Positions 10,418 to 20,502 are shown, numbered from the stretch's first letter. The stretch is 34,460 nt of DNA from Chiloscyllium plagiosum (GCF_004010195.1 NC_057750.1:11283539-11317998), one strand, 5' to 3'. The notes: generated by a model not told the origin, from the sequence alone. Made by a program: numbers and translations.

Positions 10418-11130
10418 GTGCTCCGCCCCTCTCTGACACGTGCTCAGAGCAGCTTCCGCTCCAGCCCTTCAGACGCGCCCTTCATTGTGACGTTCGCAAA
10501 CCACACCCAGTGAAAACAATACGACTGATGATAGGACAGCCGGGGAGCCGCCCGCCAATCGGAATTGAGTTGAAATTGACCGCCGTTGCTCCTTCGCTGG
10601 ATTCAAATTTGGCGCTGTTCGGCTGTGAACCAATCACACTTCAAAATAGGGAAACGCAGTTACCTCATCGTGATTGGCCAGTACTGTAGCCAACTAGCCA
10701 ATCACATTGAACATCAGCCCATCCTTGCACACTCGAGCGGGTGGCGACAGTTTGTTGGTGAGCAAACCCGAGAGACGCTTCGAAACACAGCTTCGAGTTG
10801 AGCGGCCCAGGTTCGGAAAGGATGGAGACGAACTGATGGACCGAGCTGAGGCTCACTGGGACAGCCTCCAGAAGCTGACGATTTGTGTGGTGTGACCAAG
10901 ATTTCACGTCGCACTGCCGAATGTGAAAAGCGCCGGCCGCCGGCCTTGAGCGTACGCACATTGGCCAGGCCACGGCGGCGAAAATGCGGGAAAAACGTGA
11001 CGGGAGCATGCGCACTGGTTTGAGCGATGCGTCATTGCCCCGCCTCTTTCGTCCGGCAGCCCTCCCCTTCCGCGCGACTTCATCGTGGTCGCCCGTCTCT
11101 ATGCGACCAGGGAGGAGCGGAGAGTGCGCT
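10418..11130. promoter_or_regulatory. CpG-rich promoter region of thioredoxin-like gene 1
   Basis: TGACGT 10488-10493; CCACACCCA 10501-10509; CCAAT/ATTGG at 10555, 10630, 10673, 10698 and 10960; NRF1-like GCATGCGCA 11006-11014. CpG is dense relative to the flanks. Confidence 0.7.
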
Positions 11131-11135
11131 GTTTA

Positions 11136-11495
11136 AAGTCGTTAAAAATCACACAACACCAGGTTATAGTCCAGCAGGTTTATTTGGAAGTACTAGCTTT
11201 ACGAGCGCTGCTCCTTCATCAGGTATCTATGAAGCAGGACCATAAGACATAGAATATAGAGTAATAGATTACAGAGTCATGCAAGTAAAATGATTAACAA
11301 ACCTAGATTGTTGAAAGACCTAACAACAGTCTAGGTTCTGGATTAGTGGTGCTGGAGGAGCACAGCAGTTCAGGCAGCATCCAAGGAGCTTCTCTTCCAG
11401 CACCACTAATCCAGAATCTGGTTTCCAGCATCTGCAGTCCTTGTTTTTACCTCAACAATCTAGGTTTGTTAAATATATCACTTTATTTGCATGAC
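11136..11495 (-). mobile_element. PLE-type terminal repeat with degenerate hammerhead and nested fold-back insertion
   Basis: Minus strand of 11192-11224 reads AC-CTGATGA-A-GGAGC(AGC)GCTCG-TAAA-GC-TA-GT (GAAA mutated). Outer inverted arms ~11276-11313 and 11453-11495. Inner fold-back 11338-11452 flanked by CAACAGTCTAGGTT / CAACAATCTAGGTT. Confidence 0.7.
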
Positions 11496-11614
11496 ATTAA
11501 TCCTTCACTTTCTCACAAACATTCCCTTTGTCAGGTCTATCAAGTTGAGGTTTTCCCATTGTGTTAAAAGTACAATATGAATGCAAATTATTTTTGGATT
11601 GGATATATTATTAG

Positions 11615-12750
11615 GTTGCTACGGCCAGTGACTCCATCTGGTCCAGTTGCTTTTTGTGGGTTTAGTCTCAAGAAGGCTTATCTCACGTTTGCAGCAGTGA
11701 CCCTGGGTATAGGTGCATCCGAGGTTGTTGTGATAGGTAACATTGTTTCACTGACATCCTGTTCAAAACAACTGTAAAATGCGTTGAATTTGTCAGATAG
11801 GGATGTACTGTTGCCCACAATTCTGTTTGACTTTGCTTTGTAACCCATAATGTTGTGTAAGCCTTGCCACAAACGACAAGTGTCCACATGGTTGGTCTGG
11901 GTCTCGAGCTTAGCTTGGTATTGCCTCTTGGCAACTTTGATGGCGTTACAAAGGTCATACCAGGAGATCCTGTAGAAGTCAGGGTTGCCCGACTTGTAAG
12001 TCTCAGACCTGGACTCCATTCGGGAGTGGATCTCTCAGTTTCCATTTGGGGAACATTTGGATTAACTTCTTCAGCACGCAATCGTCTACACACTTACTAA
12101 TGAAGTTTATGATGGTAGTTTAGGTTGTCTGCTGAGTTATCAAAAATGGACCAGTCCACTGACTCTATGCAGTCCCGTAGAAGCCCTTCTATTGCCTCAG
12201 ACCAACACTGCACTATTTTCTGTACCGGGTCCTCATGCTTCAATTTCTGCTTGTAAGCTGGGACAAGGAGGAGCACACCATTGTGATCTGATTTTCCAAA
12301 ATGTGGACCCTAACCCAGTGATGGTTGTATAGCAATGGCCAAGAGTGTTTGGATTTTCAGTGGGATAGGTTGATAGTACCTTGGTAGCACATTATTGAGG
12401 TTGGACTGGTTGAAGTGACCATCTACAATGAACAAGGCCTTGGGTATTCTGTCTCAAGACTGTTGTAGCGTTGTACACTATGTCAAGTGCACTCGCCACT
12501 TCCAAATGGGGGGGGGGGAATGTAGACCATGGTCAGGATAGCAGCGGTGAGTACACACTGCAGGTCGTAGGGATGGCACTTTACTGTAAGATATTCTAGG
12601 TCTGGAGGCATTAACTTGCCAAGGTCATCACATCTAAGCACCCATAGGTGTGTCGATTAGGAGGCAGACCCAATCACCCCTTGCCTTTCCTGAGCACACA
12701 TAGCAGTCCATTCAGTGAACTGAGAAATCCTCAGGTTGTAAGGCACAAAT
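11615..12750 (-). mobile_element. Rex1/Babar-type LINE fragment (APE end and pre-RT linker), degenerate
   Basis: ORF 11678-12019 SGNPDFYRISWYDLCNAIKVAKRQY..KLE...RLWQGL..IMGYK...LSDKFNAFYSCFE fits the Rex1 linker pattern. An APE-like GHFNQSNL motif lies near 12400-12420. Confidence 0.72.
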
Positions 12751-13229
12751 TGCTAAAAGGATAAAATTGCTAAAGAATTAAGAGAAGGTAGAGAATTGAT
12801 ATAAAAATGTTATAGTTATTTAAAAATAACTAGTGAAACAGATACATCAGACAATCAGATACATCATGAAGCTGCCAAATTCTCTGGCAGGTTTGTAAAA
12901 TATATTTTCACATCAAAGTACAGTGTCTGTATTCGTGAAAAAAAACACTACTCCTTCTACACTTGGTAGGAAGCAGGCGCAGAAAGATGGGCTCAACACA
13001 ATCACTTTCCACAACCCTAAGCAATTGCTGGAGAAGTAGTGGTGGATTAAGTCTTGAAAGCAGCTGAACTGCCCCGACCTTTAGGCAGGTGCAATGCACA
13101 ACATAAGACACTGAATGAAAGGTTCACCAGAACTACAGCAGTACAAGGTCTTGCATTACTGATCTGACAGCATTCAAACTAAGAAAAAGGTCACTCATGA
13201 AACTCCAGTCTCCTGTGAGGATTAAATAT

Positions 13230-14130
13230 CGCAAAGGTACAGCTGGATAGACCAATGATGACACCAAATTTGGAGGTGGATAGTCGATAATAAGGACGAC
13301 CGCAACATCTCACCGCAAGGCATGTACGTATACATGTGGAATGGGCAAATATTTGCCAAATGAACTTTAACACAAATATGAAGTCAGACATTCTGGTGGA
13401 TAGAACATTGGAAGCAAATCTGGATGAAATAGAGAAACAAAGGGATCTCAGGGTACAAAAGACTTGGAGATCCAGATATACCAATCTTTAAAATGTAATA
13501 AACAGGTATAAAAATGATCAAGAAGGCTAATCAAATGTTTGTCTTTATATTTACAGGGATAGAGTACATAACAGTAGAAGTCATGAAACAGCTACAAACT
13601 AAGCAGGTTTTACTTCTACAGGGATAGAATGAAGTCCAGGTCTGAGACTTACAAGTCAGGCAACCCTGACTTCTACAGGATCTCCTGGTATGACCTTTGT
13701 TATGCTGATTCTGTATCAAACCTTGGTTCGACCATACTTGAGTATTGCATGCAGTTCTGGTCACTATATTATGGAAAGGATATAGAGGCATTGGGGTAGA
13801 TGCAGAGATTTACAAGGATGATACCAGGAATATGTGGGTATACACCAAAAATGTTTCCTGTTCTGGGGAACTGCAGAACAGACTGCATCATTCTAAGTGG
13901 TCATCAACAAATCCATTGTGGAATTCGGAAGGAACACTAAGAGTGGTGAAAATGTGGAATTTACTGCCACTGAAGTGGCTCAATAATATATATGCATTTA
14001 GGGGAAACTAGCCAAGCATCTGAGGGAGAAGGGGTTAGAAGATAACAGTGACAGATTTAGTTGGTGGATGGTGGAGGGAAGCTCAAGTAGAACATAAATG
14101 CTCCAAATAGCTGGTTTCTGTGCTATGTAT
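13230..14130 (+). mobile_element. Old CR1 LINE 3' fragment containing a templated insertion
   Basis: DDTKFGG, WQMNFN and LVRPYLEYCMQFWS motifs in shifting frames, plus a CR1-like 3' UTR. Confidence 0.75.
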
Positions 14131-14309
14131 GCTCATGTGACCCTGCATTGATATGTGGCAGTAGGAAAGTAAGCAAACCATCAGAAACATGATTAGACCT
14201 ACCTTCCTCTTGCACCCTGAACAGGACATCATTTGTCTGTATAGTAACAGCCTTTAAAACCTAATAATTTAATATACTTTCCAAAAGAACCAAAGGGGCA
14301 GTGACAATA

Positions 14310-14610
14310 GCTAAAGCCTTAAGTTAACGCCTTAAATGTAGTGAGCATCCCGACACACTTCACAGGGAACCTGACAAACAAAATTCGACACTGAACCACA
14401 AATTGTGCCAGTTAACCAAAAACTTTGTCTAGAGGAGCTCCTTAAAGGATGGAAATGAGGTAACAGAGACAGAGAATTTTGATGAGTGACTTCCAGAAGA
14501 CATGTTTTCGGGTAAGACATGGCTAGCAAAGTTGCAGCAGTGATGCTCAAGAGGCCGGGGTGAGAGGAGTGCACAGATGTTGGAGGGTTATGGGTTTGTG
14601 AAGGTTGTTG
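14310..14610 (-). mobile_element. Possible old L2-type LINE 3' fragment
   Basis: Resemblance by eye to an L2 3' end in reverse orientation; no strong protein motif. Confidence 0.3.
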
Positions 14611-14899
14611 ATGGTGACAGTGCAGGAGAATTATTTAATAGCCAGTGCTGATCAGTTAGCAAATGATTTTTGTTTTGTGCAGAGAGATGTTGTGATCTAG
14701 AATCACTGCCTAAACAGAGGTTGGAAGTAGATTCTCTCATAATTTCCAGTTTAATTAGACAAACAGGTAAAGGTAAACAAAATGATTTTATTTTGAAAAG
14801 TGAGCAGGTGTGGGACTATTTGGCTAACATTTTCAAAATACACGAGAGAAATTATCAGTTGTAGACCAAATGAGTTAAGCCTTTGATCATTGTTGATCT

Positions 14900-15300
14900 G
14901 GGGGTTCAAATCCACTTTCCCACTCACTCCCCTGGATTCCTCAAGAGACCAAAAATTTCTCTTTATCAATCTTGAAAGTATTCAACATTGAAGCAGCAAA
15001 AACTCTCTCATATAAAGAATTGCAAAGATTCACAACCTTTTGAATCAAGTAATCATTCATCCTCTTGGTCCTAAATGCACAGTCCCTTTATCTTGAGGCT
15101 GTGGCCCATTTTCTAGATTCCCTCACCAGTAAAAAAAACACATCTCAGTGTCTACTCTGTCAAGTCCCTACAGAATCTTGTTTATTTCAGTCAGATCGTA
15201 TCTCATTCCTTTAAACTCCATTGACTCAAGGCAAAATTTACTCCACTTCTCATCACAGGACCAACCCCCTGGTGCCAGGGACCAAGTTGGCGACCCTTTG
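14900..15300 (-). mobile_element. CR1 3' fragment, degenerate
   Basis: Reverse-orientation CR1 C-terminal pattern (TCTACTCTGTCAAGTCCC...AGATC...CTCATT...AAACTCC), similar to 33821-34190. Confidence 0.6.
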
Positions 15301-15304
15301 CTAT

Positions 15305-17385
15305 TGTTATGAAGGTGTAGCGTTCTACTGTTCCTTTAAGAGAGAGTGGAAGCTAGTACGGACTTAGAGTGGCACAGAGTGTGCTGAAAGATTTTAAAAT
15401 GTAACATTTGGTTGACACAAATAGCTGGAGTTGCGATGCCATGGAACAAAAACAAATTCAAATTCGGCCAATCAGTTTAAATTATGCTCCAGACATCAAA
15501 ATCCAATCAAATTTGAATCTTAATGTTTCGATGACATCAAACCAATGAAATGATCTGAGGTTTTGGGGTATAAACCCAGACATTTTGAACAGTTAGAGGA
15601 GAATTGCCAGGAACAGCCAAGCAAGCACCAAGACTGCCAGTGGAATGGCTCTCTGAAAGGTACCTGTCCATAAGAAATTTGTGCAGCAGAAGACCGAAGC
15701 TGACCTAAAGAAATCTACAGAGAAAGTTCAACATCTGGAGACAATAACTGGGTTTGAAATTGATTTTGCTGTAAATTTAAGTGGGACTTTATCAGACCAG
15801 TATTGTAGAGGGGAGGTAAAAGATAGGTTTAAGAGAAAGGAGTTGTAAATAGTTGTGGTTTTAATGTTCTCTGTTGGACCTAAATAATAAGATTATTAAT
15901 TGTTACTTTAAATAGTGAAATCTAGGATAGTTCTTTGCCTCTCAAAATTTAACAGATTACAACACGAGGTGAGCTTCTCTGTGTGTTGGGTTTAAATTAG
16001 CAGAGGGGTTTACCCCTTGTTGTAACTTCGATTCTTGGCACTAAGTAGATTTTATCGGAAGTTTGTTGAAAACTTTAGCAGTGTAGTGGCACCATTAACC
16101 AATTTTCTGAAGAAGAACACAAAGTTTCGGTGGACAGAACAATGCCAGGAGGCATTCGACCATTTAAAAGCAGTTTCAGCTACACCAAACTTTTTGAAAC
16201 CCTTCAAAGTTGCCATCGATGCTAGTGACATAGGAGTTGGAGCTTTACTGCTATAGGAAGATGATGAAGGGATTGAACTGCCAGTTGGTTACTTTTTGAA
16301 GAAACTCAACATCCACCAAAGGAAATACGCCATGATCAAAAAATAACTATTGAGTTTGATACTGGCCTTACAACATTGTAATGTGTACGTCACAAACAAT
16401 GTGTCAGAGACAGTTGTGTACATGTATCACAATCCTCTTACATCTTGGAATGCTTTAAAGACAAGAATATGAGACTGTTTCGTTGGAGTCTGATTTTACA
16501 GACTTTTAATTTACAAATCGCACATGTTGCGGGTTGTAAGAATCTATTCAATGTTATATAGATGTGGGAAGAAGTTAATACGAACTTAGATCAAAGTCAT
16601 GTAGGTCATGATAATGTGGTTAAGGAATAGAGAAAAAGAAATGATACCATATTTTCATTATGATGCTTCATTTTTTCTTAAGGGTGGAGATGTTATGAAG
16701 GTGTACTGTACCTTTGAGAGAGTGGAAGCTGGCACGGACTTAGAGAGGCACAGAGTGTGCTGGAAGATTTAAAAATGGAACATTTGGTTGACACAAATAG
16801 CTGGAGGTGGTTGCCATAGAATAAAAACAAATTTAAATTCGGCCAGTTTAAATTATGTCCCTGACACCAAAATCCAATCAAATTTGAATTGTAATGTTTT
16901 GATGACATCAAACCAATGAAATGATCTAATGTTTTGGGGTATAAACTGGACATTTTGAACAGTTACAGGAGAACAGCCAAGCAAGCACCAAGACTGCCAG
17001 TAGAATAGCTCTCTGAAAGTCATCTATCCATAAGAAATTTGTGCAGCAGAAGACCGAAGCCGACCTCGACAAATCAACAGAGAAAGTTCAACATCTGGAG
17101 ATGATAACTGGGTTTGAAATTGATTTTGCTGTAAATTTAAGAGGGACTTTATCAGACCAGTATTGTAGAGGGGAGGTAAAAGATAGGTTTAAGAGAAAGG
17201 AGTTGTAAATAGTTGTGGTTTTAATGTTCTGTTGGACCTAAAGAATAAGATTGTTAGTTGTTACTTTAAATAGTGAAATCTGGGATAGTTCTTTGCATCT
17301 CAAAATTTAACAGATTACAGCACGAGGTGAGCTTCTCTGTGTGTCCGGTTTAAATTAGCAGAGGGGTTTACCCTGGGTCATAACA
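15305..17385 (+). mobile_element. Internally deleted Gypsy LTR retrotransposon with two LTRs (15305-~16027; 16691-17385) and RNase H remnant
   Basis: ~700-bp direct repeats, termini TGTTATGA...TCATAACA, 4-bp TSD CTAT (15301-15304, 17386-17389), PPT AAGGGTGGAGA at 16680-16690. Internal FYRKFVENFS...PFKVAIDASDIGVGA...LALQH...HNPL...FRWSL. Confidence 0.93.
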
Positions 17386-17510
17386 CTATAAGTCCTTCAA
17401 AACAGTATTGCTTCTTTAAAGATGGAGTATTCCAGCCCAGCTTCGATGGGTCATATGACCTTCCATGATGTTAAGATTCGATAAATGCAACCATTCAGAG
17501 GACAGGTGTA

Positions 17511-17516
17511 TTTAAT
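17511..17516 (-). terminator. Candidate variant polyadenylation signal ATTAAA for thioredoxin-like gene 2
   Basis: TTTAAT on plus strand, 26 nt beyond the stop codon. Confidence 0.4.
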
Positions 17517-17542
17517 TTTTTTTCTCTTGTAACACGTGAGAA

Positions 17543-17863
17543 TTATTTCAGTCGCATTATCAAGTGATCTAACTTGTCTCTCCTGGTCCCTGAGAACTCT
17601 GCAACCTTCTCCTGACAGTTGTAGAACTGGAAGGTGGGCATGCAACTGATGCCGGCAGCTCGGGCCAGGTCTTCTGACTCATCCACGTCCACCTCCGCGA
17701 AGATGACATCCCGGTAATGCTCAGACCTCATGCGGAAGAAGGGCTTGATGTTGGAGCAATTGTTACACCATCGAGCCGCGAAGAACACGACAATTAGGCT
17801 CTCCTCCTCCTCCCGCAGCAGTGTCTGGAACTGCTTCCGTGTCCGGATGCGCCTGACGACCAT
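17543..17863 (-). CDS. Thioredoxin-like protein (106 aa), intronless, WCNNC active site
   Basis: Full-length match by eye to vertebrate TXN (IKPFF..SEHY.DVIF.EVDVD...CMPTFQFY...KV.EFSG...KL). Strong start context GGCGAG-ATG-G, intact ORF, CpG-rich. Confidence 0.92.
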   Translation of the reverse strand: MVVRRIRTRKQFQTLLREEEESLIVVFFAARWCNNCSNIKPFFRMRSEHYRDVIFAEVDVDESEDLARAAGISCMPTFQFYNCQEKVAEFSGTRRDKLDHLIMRLK

Positions 17864-18340
17864 CTCGCCGCCTCTTGTCCACTCTGATGGGTGTTCAATG
17901 CAGCACCCCCGCCACAGGTCTCCCTTTCAGCCCCGCCTCGATAGTGACGCATATTGACGTCATTGCAAGCCACACCCACGTATTGCAGCCAATCGCTCCC
18001 TCTGATCAACTGGAAGAACTGAAGTGTTGACCTTCCCGCCCAGCTGACCGCTCGGTTGGGATGGGGATGAGCCCCGGCGAGAACACGATGCTAACATTAC
18101 TGGCAACACAGGTATTAGCGATTTCATTAGGTTGGATGAGTGAGCGACAAAGAACAAATCGGACGACGGCCCTCTTTTGGTTGGTTCTATGTTGCCAATG
18201 GGAATACACAGCAACGTTTTTGATTGTCAATGTCGCCTTTGATTGATCCATTCTTTTTATGACATCACATGAGGATTCCCATTGGCCAGACAAATGCCAA
18301 AGTTTCGTCCTGCAGTCACTTGGCAATCTTCGTGCAGGAT
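17864..18340 (-). promoter_or_regulatory. Promoter region of thioredoxin-like gene 2
   Basis: GC box CCCCGCC near 17931; half-CRE TGACG 17945-17949; perfect CRE TGACGTCA 17955-17962; GCCACACCCA 17969-17978; CCAAT 17989-17993; RFX-like half sites TGGCAAC 18101-18107 and GTTGCC 18191-18196. Confidence 0.7.
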
Positions 18341-18502
18341 CATAATCTAGATTAACCAAAGAATTGGGAACCAAGTGTTCTGCAGAGGAATCTACGGTTA
18401 GAATCAAGAGCACTATTAGCAACCTTTACAAAAAGTCTGATTTATAAGAGTTTACGTGTGTAATGATGTACGTGTGTATATCATTACATGGTAATGATAA
18501 TG

Positions 18503-18818
18503 CATGTTTCTTTTTGGCTTGCCCTAGGATGGATGTGTTGTCCCATTCGAAGTGGTGTCCTTCCTCATCCGTACGTAAGGATATAATGAGAGTGGGTCAT
18601 ATCGTTTTGTGGCTAGTTGGTTTTCATGTATCCTGGTGGCTAGTTTTCTGCCTGTTTGTCCAATGTAGTGTTTGTTACAGTTCTAGCAAGGTACTTTGTA
18701 AATGACATTAGTTTTGCTTGTCTGTATAGGGTGTCTTAAGTTCATTAGCTGTTGCTATAGTGTGTTTGTGGGTTCGTGGGCTACCATGATGCCAAGGGGT
18801 CTAAGTAGTCTGGCAGTC
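18503..18818 (-). mobile_element. Penelope-like element fragment encoding GIY-YIG endonuclease remnant
   Basis: Minus-strand translation with stops and frameshifts: RLLRPLGIMVAH...NVIYKVPC*NCNKHYIGQTGRKLATRIHE...GHHFEWDN. Confidence 0.85.
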
Positions 18819-19331
18819 TACTGGCAGACCTTCTTTACAAGAGTGACTTTACAGTAAATCAAGAGCTTCATTGGTTGCTTTGGGACATCCTGAGAACTTG
18901 AAAGGCAACGAATAAATGGAAGTGATTCTCTCTGGATGGGACAAGCAGTAGACACATTCTCTGCAAACTCGGAAGGACATCAGCCCCAATAAAGATGCTT
19001 TCAGTTTAAACCCTTGGCCAGAACTGCAAAAAATTAAAACTGTTGCTTTATAGAGAAGGTTCTTCACAAAAGAAAGTCTGAGACTGGGAGAATAAGAGCT
19101 CATCATCTCAATAAATCAAAACACTCATTTCAAGGTCAGTTTAAGGTGAAAGGCACAACAGTGATGCAAGGAGGAAATCGGGAAATGTAAAACTGCATAT
19201 GTTGGAAACAATCTGAAGTGTTCTGAAGATGACTTGTATCAGACTTGAAATGTTAAGAAAACAAAATTTAAAGAGTTTTGGAAACAGCATATTACCAACA
19301 TTGGAATGTTCAGATTTAAAACAGCTTTGAA

Positions 19332-19736
19332 CTTTAGACAAACAGGCAGAAAACTAGCCACCAAATACATGAACATCAACTAGTCACAAAACAACATGAC
19401 CCATTCTCACTATATCCTTACATACAGATGAGGAAGGACACCACTTCGACTGGGACAAGCTAAACAGAGACACACGCAAGAATTCTTAGATGCATGGCAT
19501 TCCAACTGAAATCTATCAACAAACACAGTGACCTGGATCCCATTTACCACCTCCTGAGAAAAAGAACAGGAAATGACATCACCACAGGAAATGATGTCAC
19601 CACAGAAACTCAAAAATTTAATACAAAGCAGGCTATGCCACCAGTGCTTCATTCAAAAGTTCACTGAAGATGCTACCTAGTATGGTGATGAAACATCTGA
19701 AAATGAACATTCCAGCTCAGTGAGCAAACCTACACC
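19332..19736 (+). mobile_element. Penelope-like element 3' fragment (GIY-YIG C-terminus plus hammerhead) with 10-bp TSD
   Basis: QTGRKLAT...HEHQL...GHHFDWD...EFLDAWHS...SINKH in shifting frames; hammerhead at 19660-19701; CAGCTTTGAA at 19322-19331 and 19737-19746. Confidence 0.85.
19660..19701 (+). ncRNA. Minimal hammerhead ribozyme motif, partly decayed
   Basis: Stem I TTCA/TGAA, CTGAAGA 19664-19670, imperfect stem II GCTACC/GGTGAT, GAAA 19690-19693, CA-TC. Confidence 0.6.
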
Positions 19737-19925
19737 CAGCTTTGAAGGAATAAGAATAAGTAAGTACATTAAGAAGAAATAGAAGAAATAATACTTTGAA
19801 AAATATTCAGTGTTGTGGGGGGCCAAACAGAGCACAGGTTTGGACATTGAGAAAACAATTCTTGAGACAGAGGCTTGCTTCAAAATTAAATATCAAGTTT
19901 AATCACCTTAATACATGATTGTAAT

Positions 19926-20085
19926 AAAAAGCAAAATACTGCAGATGTTAGAAATCGGAAGGAGTCCGACTGGACTTAAAATGTTAACATTGTTCTTTCT
20001 CTCTATAGATGCTGCGAGATCTGCTGAGTTTCTCCAGCACCTTCTGAATTTATTTCATAATTACAGCATCCACGATGTTTTTTTA
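19926..20085 (+). mobile_element. Degenerate PLE-type short repeat
   Basis: AGATGCTGCGAGATCTGCTGAGTTTCTCCAGCA block related to 22590-22690; hammerhead region decayed. Confidence 0.5.
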
Positions 20086-20399
20086 TTATGCTGGATACAT
20101 ATCAGCATTTAAATAAGAGAATACAGCTCAACTGTCAGTCACAAAAGAAGTTAATTTGCTCCACAGCCCCCTCCCCTTTTTCCAGATGTGAAGAAATGCG
20201 CTGTGCTTCCCCTGGTACTTTCTGACTCTAAATAAATGAATTAAGTTTGTGGTTCAATCCAGTGGAATGCAGACTGCAGAAAGTTGAGATACTATTCTTG
20301 AAGGCTATTTTAGTTTTCTTTTAAAAATTGTATCTTGGGACTAGGCACGTCTGACAAAATTGACATTCATTGTCTGTCTCCCAATGCCTAGATGTTCAA

Positions 20400-20502
20400 A
20401 TCATATTTGGAACTCAGCGTGTTACATTTGCCTTTAAATAAGATAAAAGTTGGGGTCCAGGTTATCTCCTTGATTTTTTGTGAGGGGGTTTGATCTGGTC
20501 CA
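20400..20502. repeat. Fragment of an unclassified (probably LTR-type) repeat, inverted homolog of ~22000-22100
   Basis: Its reverse complement (CAAACCCC...GGAGAT...CTTATTTAAAGGCAAAT...TTCCAAAT) matches 22008-22100. Confidence 0.55.

Noticed and set aside
9794..10689. Several overlapping alternative-frame and antisense ORFs over Trx gene 1
   Set aside because: Expected stop-codon scarcity in GC-rich coding DNA; no recognisable domains.
9842..17863. Selenoprotein or two-exon interpretation of the Trx ORFs
   Set aside because: No in-frame TGA at the active sites, and each ORF has its own start, complete Trx fold and stop.
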